The translations under genes and the position numbers were made by a program. Source: an uncultured Gammaproteobacteria bacterium (GTDB taxonomy: Bacteria > Patescibacteriota > Microgenomatia > UBA8517). Taken from it: a DNA stretch of 51,070 bases. The DNA is taken from positions 1 to 51,070 of the forward strand of contig CAYNFU010000003.1 of assembly GCA_964396785.1 (NCBI GenBank), written 5' to 3'. A model generated the notes under the pieces. The model was not told where the DNA came from. It searched no databases and saw only the letters and a program-made list of their open reading frames with translations. This document shows, in pieces, positions 8,394 to 15,991 of the stretch. Within the stretch, counting starts at the first letter, position 1. The number at the start of each line of letters is the position of its first letter.

Positions 8394-9587
8394 TCAAACA
8401 TAAGAAGAAACATATTCCAGTAAATTGTCTAGCCTTAAACCAAATCCTCTATCTCCCAAGTCCAATCTTTTGGCAACCGCCATGACTAGGGGAAATTCTG
8501 TCGGATCCTTAGCCTCCAAAAGGGCCTGTTTTACCATTGCCATCATGAGCAGTCCCCCTTTTTCATAACCAACTCTTAAATCCCTATGAAAATTTAAAAT
8601 ATCCTCAACGTAAGAGACTTCACGGTCTGACTTGGGACCTTCTAATCCCCACCTATCACTTCGCCAGCGGTCCCATGGAAGACTCAAAACTCTCTTTGCA
8701 GCAACTCCCATATCTCCAACAACAAATATTCTTCCTGGGTAGGCATCTATAAGCTCAGGAATAGGTGCAATCGTAATGTAATTTTTGTGTTCTAGATTCT
8801 CATTTACTCCTAGACTTAACCCAAAACTTGCATAACCAACGTTTACCTCCATGGGAATTCCCTGTTTTTGGGTTAAATGCGCAAGGACAACCAGGGCCTG
8901 GGCTGTTGCTACTGCAACGTCAATTCTTCTTGCCTCGGGCAAAAATCCTTCTTTTTGCAAAACAAGTCCTACTCCTCCTACAGTATCTCCTGTCGCAGCA
9001 CAATCTTCCTCGTCAATTGTAAGGCTTTGGTCACTTGCAAGACCCAAGGCAACTCTTGTTTTCTCAGACGGTCTCTCCGCTATTGGCCTAAAAACCTCGT
9101 ATAAACTCTTTTGATAAGTAGCAAGATCTTCGGGGCTAAATTCACCTTTGTCTCCTATTTCAGAAATGGCAATTGCCTGCCTATTAGTTGCACCGCCAAA
9201 AATATTCACCTCTACTCGTCCTTCGGGAGATGCTAATGATAAAAGGGGATTGGGGGCAGGAGATAAATCACCCAAAAGAAGTTTCCTTGCTTCGGTGTAA
9301 CCCGTAACCCTCCGTTGCGGTGAAAAATAGTCGAAAAAATCCGCAGGCTCCATATAAGTACCGTTAAGCCCATTTAGGGCCTCCCCCCAGAGAACAAATG
9401 CCTCACCCATCCTATTTTTTTCATCTACTTTAAGTCCAAGACTTACTTTCTTACCAGGCTTTGCAATTCGCAATTCTATCTCTGGAAAGTATGTATCTAG
9501 ACGACTAGTTATTTCTGCTGGGGTAATGCGTCTTCGGGGAATTTCAAACTCGGTCGGAAAACTCGTAGATCCTCCCTCTATTGTCAT
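8394..9587 (-). CDS. Hypothetical protein, 397 aa, no recognisable motif
   Basis: Long uninterrupted ORF on the same strand as its neighbours, with normal non-low-complexity composition and its own predicted promoter. I recognise no family signature. Confidence 0.7.
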   Translation of the reverse strand: MTIEGGSTSFPTEFEIPRRRITPAEITSRLDTYFPEIELRIAKPGKKVSLGLKVDEKNRMGEAFVLWGEALNGLNGTYMEPADFFDYFSPQRRVTGYTEARKLLLGDLSPAPNPLLSLASPEGRVEVNIFGGATNRQAIAISEIGDKGEFSPEDLATYQKSLYEVFRPIAERPSEKTRVALGLASDQSLTIDEEDCAATGDTVGGVGLVLQKEGFLPEARRIDVAVATAQALVVLAHLTQKQGIPMEVNVGYASFGLSLGVNENLEHKNYITIAPIPELIDAYPGRIFVVGDMGVAAKRVLSLPWDRWRSDRWGLEGPKSDREVSYVEDILNFHRDLRVGYEKGGLLMMAMVKQALLEAKDPTEFPLVMAVAKRLDLGDRGFGLRLDNLLEYVSSYV

Positions 9588-9608
9588 ATAAATTTCTAAT
9601 TCTGGGGT

Positions 9609-9637
9609 ACTTTAGAAGAAATACTTGGCCTTGTCAA
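9609..9637 (-). promoter_or_regulatory. Sigma-70-type promoter for the 397-aa orphan gene
   Basis: Minus strand has TTGACA (9632-9637, abutting the mltG stop), a 17-nt spacer, then TAAAGT (9609-9614), 21 nt before the ATG. It shares a 19-nt block with the rpoB promoter. Confidence 0.5.
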
Positions 9638-10639
9638 CTATTTTCCTAAATAAATCCTTACATTTTCGTTGTGCTCGGAAAGGGTTTCTGCGTAGTGTAT
9701 CCCTCCCTCGGCATCATGGAGATAATAGAGATACTCGCTTTCCTCTGGATTAGCCGCTGCCATGAGGGATGAGATACCGGGACTCGCAATTGGGGCAGGT
9801 GGAAGACCCCGAAATCTATAGGTATTAAATGCTGAATTTATTGAAAGATCGTTCTTTGTGAGTATCGGCCACCAATTGCATCCCTCCCCGGCTCGGCAAC
9901 TACTGCTTGCCACTGCATATTGGACGGTTGCATCAGCCTGAAGTCCCATATCAATATCTAATCTATTTATGAGTATTCCGGCTACAACCGGGCGCTCGTC
10001 GTCGGTTCTTGTTTCCCTTTCAATAATCGAGGCCAAAATTACAATCCCTTCAAGAGTAAACTCGGACGCTTCCATCTCTTTCTCAAGTTCTTTCATTTTT
10101 AAATCAAAAGTCGATCGCATTCGAGAAACAACAGTTTTGGCAGTTGCCGTTCTTGGAAAAAGGTAGGTATCGGGGAAAAGATAACCCTCAAAGTCTTCGG
10201 ATTCCGAAAGAAATTCTGCCCTAAAAGCCTCGGCCTGGGCTTGACTAATTTCTAAGGCTTTAATGAACCTCTCAATTTGCTCCTCGCGCCTCAAGCCTTC
10301 GGGAATTGTAACCCAAAGCTCAGCCGGAGGTTTTGTGAGGGTATCGACAACAGTAACTAATGAGTAGCTTGGTGAAATTCTAAATTGTCCAGATTGAATA
10401 TTTGCCGCTTTTCCAGAGACTTGGACATATATCTTAAAAGCCAGGGGATCTTTTATTAACCCTTCATCAAATAGCCCTTCACCAATTTGACTTGCGCTTC
10501 TACCCCTCACAACCAGAAAGTCAATTTGCCTGGTGTCCTGAGACACATTCTGGGAGTTTTTATTCCACCAGAATAGTCCAAATAGGGCTAACACCAAAAA
10601 AAGAACAAGCGGGACAAAAGGAATTAGAAGCTTCTTCAT
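9638..10639 (-). CDS. mltG: Endolytic murein transglycosylase MltG/YceG family
   Basis: N-terminal TM helix, then YceG-type blocks: IERETRTDDERPVVAGILINRL, LQADATVQYA, FNTYRFRGLPPAPIASPG, and EYLYYLHD..G.HYA. Confidence 0.9.
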   Translation of the reverse strand: MKKLLIPFVPLVLFLVLALFGLFWWNKNSQNVSQDTRQIDFLVVRGRSASQIGEGLFDEGLIKDPLAFKIYVQVSGKAANIQSGQFRISPSYSLVTVVDTLTKPPAELWVTIPEGLRREEQIERFIKALEISQAQAEAFRAEFLSESEDFEGYLFPDTYLFPRTATAKTVVSRMRSTFDLKMKELEKEMEASEFTLEGIVILASIIERETRTDDERPVVAGILINRLDIDMGLQADATVQYAVASSSCRAGEGCNWWPILTKNDLSINSAFNTYRFRGLPPAPIASPGISSLMAAANPEESEYLYYLHDAEGGIHYAETLSEHNENVRIYLGK

Positions 10640-10645
10640 TTAAGC

Positions 10646-10846
10646 TTAAACTTCTTCGAGGAGTGCGCGTCTATATTTTTTTGTTTTGGGGTCGTAAATA
10701 AAAATACGCCCGCAAACACAGGTTAATTTATCTATATCGTCTCTCCTTTTCTCCTTTTTTGCTTCAGTTAAAGGCCTCCCACATCCGACGCACCTGCCTT
10801 GAAAAAGGAGCCAGGCCTGAATTGGTGCAATAACGTTTTTAAGCAT
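10646..10846 (-). CDS. Small zinc-ribbon-like protein (66 aa)
   Basis: CVGCG...CVCG cysteine pairs. Overlaps the ruvX end by 8 nt and lies 6 nt from mltG, which suggests co-translation within the operon. Confidence 0.5.
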   Translation of the reverse strand: MLKNVIAPIQAWLLFQGRCVGCGRPLTEAKKEKRRDDIDKLTCVCGRIFIYDPKTKKYRRALLEEV

Positions 10847-11225
10847 TACTATCTAAATAGGATTGTAACATAACTGCTGCTGCGAAAGCATCTTCAAGTT
10901 CCTTCCTCTTTTTTCGGCTAATTCCCGCTTCAATAGCTTTATCTTGAGCTTCCTTGGTCGAAAGGGTTTCGTCCCAGAAAACCACCCCAACTCCTGAGGC
11001 TTCTGACACTTTGTCTCCAAATTCCCGTGCGAGCTTCTCTGATTCACCTTCAGAAATTCCCAAAACTACGCAACCTACCTCCTCCTTTTTAATAATCTCT
11101 CTAAGTGTCTCCATTAATATTCCTTTACTTTTGTATCTAACCACGGAGTAAGGCTCGGCAACTATCCCCACGGCTAAAGCGAGTCCTACTTTTGCCTCTC
11201 CCCAATCGACTCCTAGAATTGTCAT
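10839..11225 (-). CDS. ruvX: YqgF/RuvX-type putative pre-16S rRNA nuclease / Holliday junction resolvase-like protein
   Basis: 128 aa. ILGVDWGEAKVGLALA N-terminus, ...VVLGISEGE..., and DETLSTKEA blocks are typical of YqgF. Confidence 0.85.
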   Translation of the reverse strand: MTILGVDWGEAKVGLALAVGIVAEPYSVVRYKSKGILMETLREIIKKEEVGCVVLGISEGESEKLAREFGDKVSEASGVGVVFWDETLSTKEAQDKAIEAGISRKKRKELEDAFAAAVMLQSYLDSNA

Positions 11226-11226
11226 A

Positions 11227-11931
11227 TTAGTTAACGGGTATTATTTTTGCCCTTACCACCAAGCGTTTTGGCTTAAGAGGGTGCCCGGGTGGGACACAAG
11301 TAATAAGAGAGATATATGAATTTGAAGAATCTTGTGTGAGAACATCGAGTTCGTCGGGTAGCACTTCAAATAAGTCAGTTACTTGATAATCATATCTTAC
11401 TCCGTCGTAACTTACCTCTACCCTGTCTCCTTTTTTGAGCGTGGGGAGTGTAGAAAAAATAGCCAAGTAATCTTTGGGGTTATAAAAAATGGGAAGGATT
11501 GAGTGACCAAAAATAACCGTATTTCCAATTTTACCAGGAAGGGCGGTGCCGGGGTATTGAATTAAGCTTTTAGCTAAATCCTCGCCGCCAATTGCAACGG
11601 TAGCATTTTCTATTCCCAATTTTGGAATTGAGATTGTATAGTAAGAAACCTTCGAGAGGACAAAATCCTCTTTGTTAGCTCCATCGGGAAACCAATTACT
11701 GGCCAGAGTTAAGTCGTACTCGGAGGAAAGATCCGGAAGTCTCTCGGACTCCGGAAGCGGAGAAATAAGTTTGGGATATTTTTCCCTGGCGTTTAATTCA
11801 TAAGAGGCTAATGGGTAGAGAGTATATGAAACAATTGCCATCCCCAAAAATCCCGATAATCCGGCCAAAATCCTAAAGATCGTATTTTTGCCCATGGGAG
11901 TAATTTTACTCGGCAGCAATTTCAACTTCAA
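11227..11931 (-). CDS. Sortase-family transpeptidase, membrane anchored
   Basis: N-terminal TM helix. Catalytic triad context is present: GNTVIFGHS (His), SLITCVPPG (the TLxTC-type Cys), and RLVVRA (Arg). A start at the internal Met (11895) would remove the 26-nt overlap with the upstream gene. Confidence 0.85.
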   Translation of the reverse strand: MKLKLLPSKITPMGKNTIFRILAGLSGFLGMAIVSYTLYPLASYELNAREKYPKLISPLPESERLPDLSSEYDLTLASNWFPDGANKEDFVLSKVSYYTISIPKLGIENATVAIGGEDLAKSLIQYPGTALPGKIGNTVIFGHSILPIFYNPKDYLAIFSTLPTLKKGDRVEVSYDGVRYDYQVTDLFEVLPDELDVLTQDSSNSYISLITCVPPGHPLKPKRLVVRAKIIPVN

Positions 11932-14134
11932 TATTACGGCTCAGGCGCGGGAGTGTCTTGAGTCTCCCAGGCAAGCTTGGGCTAATTTTAATTTCTGCTC
12001 TCGCAAAACCGGTAATACTTGTTAGATAATCCTCGGCCAGTGCCGGGTATTTCCCACTGATTGCTTTGGCAATCTCGTCCGGTTTTACCTCCGGTAAAAG
12101 ATTTGCCCGAAAAAGAACTTCTACCCTTGCCCCTTCGTCGCTACTTTCTAAAAATTCAAAGTCGCTCTCAATCTGCCCTTCTCTTAAAACATAGCCTCCC
12201 GGAACTTTGTCCTTTAGAGTTTCCATGGCAAGGTCGGTGAGTTGTCCTTCAGAAACAGAAAGTCCGGAAACGTCTATGGTTAAATTAAGTTTTAGGGTTT
12301 CGGCCTCATCCCCCACTTTATTCCCGAAAATCTTTTCGGTTACTTCACTCACGGCCGATTCAGCTATAAATGTTTCATTTTCCCCAGTTTTTGCTCCTAA
12401 CTCGTCTTTAGCTTTAGTTAAAAGCTCATCAAGGAGTTCTTCTTCAAGGACCGTCTGGTCTTCTTCTGAGACGGCTGCTATTTGACGGCTTGCTCCCCCT
12501 GTAAAGTCGGACGTTGAAATTGCGTCGACGTCGCTTCTTGGGTAATTTCCCACGTCAAATACTTCGTCTTTGGCTAAGTTATACTCTGCCCCAATGTCAC
12601 CCGCTGAAACTTCGACCGTTGCCTCTCCGGGACTTGAGGGAGAAATTGCGGCAGAAACCGAAACGGCAGCGTCTGTTACAAATTTTAATTCCGAATTAGA
12701 AGATAATATAGTTCCCGCTGGAAGGTTAATGGCCGAAGCCGTTCCGTTTTGAATCTTTACACTCCCTTTTGCCTTTTCTCCGACCGTTTTAGTTCCAGTA
12801 GTCCCTTTTGTTCTTTCTCCAGAGGTCGTAGTTGATAGTACTTTGCCGGGAATTATACCCTCAGAAAAATTTAAGGAGGTTGCGGAGGAATCGACCCTTA
12901 CTTCTGTTCTTTCCTCAAGTTTTTGAGGAGAAACATAAATAGTAACCGTCGCTTTTGGTAAAAACCACCAGGCAACTATCCCCAGAATAAAAATTATTAC
13001 TATTGAGACTGCTCCGAAAATAAGAATTCTTTTTCCCGGAAAGGAAACACTGGGCTTTGGCCAAGAGGGCTTAAAATTTTTAAGAAAAGAGAGTGAAATG
13101 GGTGGAAGTTTTATGCGGGAAAAAACTCCCGTAATTTTGGATTTAGGGGAAGGTGCTTCCATACTTTGGGTAAGGGGTTTTGCGATAACTTCTTTTCTTA
13201 ATTCGGCTGTAGGGGAGGCTTGGGGAGTTAACCCAACCTTGGGGATTGTAGTCACGTCTTTACCCAGAACAAAACCCAGCTCTTCCGGGTTCACATTCTC
13301 CTCGGGGGGGACGACGTTCTCTTCTTCCAACTCCTCCTTTTCGATACCTCCCACCACTTTCGCTATTCCCACTCCCGTAACATTTGCAATCTCGGAAGCT
13401 CCCGCAAGGGAAACTGCAAGTACCTTTCTTTCAGGGGTAATTATCTCGACCTTGGGTGAATGCAAAAACTTTATTTTTTCAAAACTCTCCCAAGAAACAT
13501 TGAGCAGTGCTTGTTTTACTTCCTCGAGTTCTCCCTCTTTTCCGTCATAGAGAATAATTCTTGATGGAAACGCCTCCCGACTGGCAAATCTGGCCAAGCC
13601 CTCTGCAACGTCGTCAACTACCGAGACACTTCTCGCGATTTGTGAAGAGCCCACTAAATTCCCCAGCCTAAAAAGTGCAATCTCGAGTGTTTCTTTCCCC
13701 ACTCCCAAGACGCAAGCATTTAGAGGTACCCCTTCCTGGGCTTTAATAAGGTGCGAAATAGCCTCAGGCAGAACCACAAAACCAACGGGTTTGAGGGATA
13801 AATCAGAGCAAATTTTCTTTATGCGGGTCAGGTATTCGTCCTTTATCTGCCCTTCTGTCACCCATGAAGAATTAACCCCGAATACTGTCTTTTGCGGCTC
13901 TCCCATATCTTCTGGAAGGTTTTGAATAGCCGCGGAAAGGGCCGCGTCAGCCGCATTTAGGAGTTCTCCCTCAACTTCCCAGGCAACGGTTGGGCTAATG
14001 GAGACTACCTCAGCCTTCTCCCCTTCGATATTCCAAACGCCGGCCTGTACCCAACCGGGTTCAATTATTAAAGACCAATAATATTCTTTGTCCTTTTCTT
14101 TATCAGAGCCCGGCAGAAAACTTTTGAGGTCCAT
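11906..14134 (-). CDS. 742-aa bitopic membrane protein. Cytoplasmic FtsA/PilM-like (actin-fold, apparently degenerate) domain, one TM helix, and a large beta-rich extracytoplasmic domain
   Basis: The N-terminal ~260 aa have actin-fold-like spacing (LIIEPGWVQAG and CVLGVGKETLEIAL where DxG phosphate motifs would sit). TM helix is ILIFGAVSIVIIFILGIVAWWFL (aa ~369-392). The C-terminal ~350 aa are Ser/Thr/Val rich. The fold assignment is inference only. Confidence 0.6.
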   Translation of the reverse strand: MDLKSFLPGSDKEKDKEYYWSLIIEPGWVQAGVWNIEGEKAEVVSISPTVAWEVEGELLNAADAALSAAIQNLPEDMGEPQKTVFGVNSSWVTEGQIKDEYLTRIKKICSDLSLKPVGFVVLPEAISHLIKAQEGVPLNACVLGVGKETLEIALFRLGNLVGSSQIARSVSVVDDVAEGLARFASREAFPSRIILYDGKEGELEEVKQALLNVSWESFEKIKFLHSPKVEIITPERKVLAVSLAGASEIANVTGVGIAKVVGGIEKEELEEENVVPPEENVNPEELGFVLGKDVTTIPKVGLTPQASPTAELRKEVIAKPLTQSMEAPSPKSKITGVFSRIKLPPISLSFLKNFKPSWPKPSVSFPGKRILIFGAVSIVIIFILGIVAWWFLPKATVTIYVSPQKLEERTEVRVDSSATSLNFSEGIIPGKVLSTTTSGERTKGTTGTKTVGEKAKGSVKIQNGTASAINLPAGTILSSNSELKFVTDAAVSVSAAISPSSPGEATVEVSAGDIGAEYNLAKDEVFDVGNYPRSDVDAISTSDFTGGASRQIAAVSEEDQTVLEEELLDELLTKAKDELGAKTGENETFIAESAVSEVTEKIFGNKVGDEAETLKLNLTIDVSGLSVSEGQLTDLAMETLKDKVPGGYVLREGQIESDFEFLESSDEGARVEVLFRANLLPEVKPDEIAKAISGKYPALAEDYLTSITGFARAEIKISPSLPGRLKTLPRLSRNIEVEIAAE

Positions 14135-14139
14135 AGATT

Positions 14140-15879
14140 TTATTCGGCCGTCGCATAAATTCTAACGACGCCCGAGCCTAACTTTTCTTGCTTTAATATT
14201 CTAACACTTCCGATCTCGGCCGTGTGGCCAACGTGAGGCCCGCCACAAATCTCTTTAGAAAAGTCCCCAATTGAATAGACTTTTACACTTCCCCCATACC
14301 TTTCGCCAAAAAAGTGTAGTGCGCCATCACTCACGGCTTCGTCCAAAGACTTTTCCTCAAATTCCACTTTCAGATCCTTTTTTATTTGCTCATTGACCAA
14401 ACCCTCAACCTTCTTAATTTCCTCCTCGGTTAATTTCTGTGGGTGAGAAAAATCAAAGCGTAGCCTCTCAGCAGTAATATTCGAACCTTTTTGGCTGACG
14501 TGCTCGCCCAACACCCTCCTCAGTGCAGAATGTAAAAGGTGGGTTGCGGTATGGAGCTTTATAACCTTATCCGAAGTATCGGCCAACCCTCCTTTAAACA
14601 TGCCGCCTGAAAGTTCTCGGGAAAGATCTTGGTGTTTTTTAAGCTTCCCCTCAAAAGAAAGTTTCTCTTTTTGGGTGAGAATCCTTCCTGCGTCAGCCAA
14701 AAGCTCACTAGTAGTCTCAATGGGTATTCCGTACGACTGATAAAGGTCAAAAGGGTCAGTCTCGGGATTAGCATTAATAATCTGCCTACCTCTTTCCAAA
14801 ACTTTTTCAAACTTATCAACTTCCTGACCAATAACTTCCGTTATTTCGGATTTTGTACTTATGACTTTAATCACGTCTTTAGCCACTTCAACTAAAGACG
14901 CCTCTTTTGAAAGTGTTTGAATTTTTTGAGCCGATTTTCTTACTAAACGCCTTAAAACGTACCCATGAAGTTTATTGCTTGGATAGACCCCTTCTGACGC
15001 AATTTCAGTGGCTGCTCTTAAGTGGTCGGCGATCACCCTAAAACTTGTTTCATTCCCGCTGTATTTGACTTTCGTTTTTGCCTCAAGGGTTCTAATAATC
15101 GGCTCATAAAAATCAGTTAAAAAAATGTCGGGCTTATTAATAATAGCCGCGGCAATCCTCTCTAGTCCTCCTCCAAAATCCACATTCTTTTGTGGAAGTT
15201 CAGTGAGTGTCCCATCTTCATTTTTTTGGTATTGAATAAACACGGAATTTCCTATTTCAATAAATCTTCCGCAATCACAATTGGGGTGGCACTTTTCACC
15301 GTATTTCGGGTCGTGCGGGGTTCCAAAGTCATAAAACACTTCAGAATCTGGTCCTCCTATTTCCCCGTGTGGCATTTTATCCGGTGGTCCCGAACGGCTC
15401 CACCAATTTTTGTCGACTCCGTATGCAAAAATTCGCTCCTCGGGAATCCCCAAATCCTTCCACCTATTAAACGATTCCTCATCCTTTGGAACCTCTTTTG
15501 TACCTTCAAAAACTGAGACCCAGAGTTTGTCTTTGGAAAACCCTAACTCTTTAGTAAAAAATTCCAGACACCACTCAAGCTGCTCTTTCTTGAAATAGTC
15601 GCCCAGGCTCCAATTTCCGAGCATTTCGAAATATGTCAGGTGGCGGTTGTCGCCAACCTCATCTATATCTACTGTACGAAAGCTCGGCTGGCTATCGACG
15701 AGTCTTTTGCCTTTGGGGTGGGATTCTCCTTTTAAGTAGGGGACGAGGGGCTGCATTCCGGCTGAGGTAAAAAGTGTTGTGGGGTCGCTCTCTAAAACCA
15801 AGGGGGCAGGATCAATTCTTGCATGCCCCTTACCTTCAAAAAATTTGAGATATTTTTCGCGAATTTCATCCGAGCTCAT
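14140..15879 (-). CDS. alaS: Alanine--tRNA ligase, short form ending after the editing domain
   Basis: MSSDEIREKYLKFFEGKGH.., FTSAGMQPL, and FEMLGNWSLGDYFK form the class II core. HTATHLLH and CGGPHV are the editing-domain motifs. The start is set at the internal ATG (15877-15879), which matches the canonical N-terminus; the ORF-track start at 15975 adds 32 non-homologous residues. Confidence 0.93.
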   Translation of the reverse strand: MSSDEIREKYLKFFEGKGHARIDPAPLVLESDPTTLFTSAGMQPLVPYLKGESHPKGKRLVDSQPSFRTVDIDEVGDNRHLTYFEMLGNWSLGDYFKKEQLEWCLEFFTKELGFSKDKLWVSVFEGTKEVPKDEESFNRWKDLGIPEERIFAYGVDKNWWSRSGPPDKMPHGEIGGPDSEVFYDFGTPHDPKYGEKCHPNCDCGRFIEIGNSVFIQYQKNEDGTLTELPQKNVDFGGGLERIAAAIINKPDIFLTDFYEPIIRTLEAKTKVKYSGNETSFRVIADHLRAATEIASEGVYPSNKLHGYVLRRLVRKSAQKIQTLSKEASLVEVAKDVIKVISTKSEITEVIGQEVDKFEKVLERGRQIINANPETDPFDLYQSYGIPIETTSELLADAGRILTQKEKLSFEGKLKKHQDLSRELSGGMFKGGLADTSDKVIKLHTATHLLHSALRRVLGEHVSQKGSNITAERLRFDFSHPQKLTEEEIKKVEGLVNEQIKKDLKVEFEEKSLDEAVSDGALHFFGERYGGSVKVYSIGDFSKEICGGPHVGHTAEIGSVRILKQEKLGSGVVRIYATAE

Positions 15880-15885
15880 GGCTAG

Positions 15886-15891
15886 ATTATA
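15886..15891 (-). promoter_or_regulatory. -10 box (TATAAT) 6 nt upstream of the alaS ATG; leaderless-type promoter
   Basis: Minus strand reads ggaTATAATctagccATG. The -35 is weak. Confidence 0.4.
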
Positions 15892-15991
15892 TCCTTCTAC
15901 AATGGTTAGAATCCAGCCGAGTTTTGATTGTCTCAATATTGGGTGATAATATACCCAAACTACGGAAAATAACACACGATTGAGATTTGAG

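Noticed and set aside
15880-15975. A longer alaS start (ATG at 15975) that would add 32 N-terminal residues (MLFSVVWVYYHPILRQSKLGWILTIVEGYNLA).
   Set aside because: The extension has no counterpart in AlaRS, whose conserved N-terminus begins at MSSDEIREKYL. The region instead contains promoter-like elements for alaS and for the divergent NTase gene.
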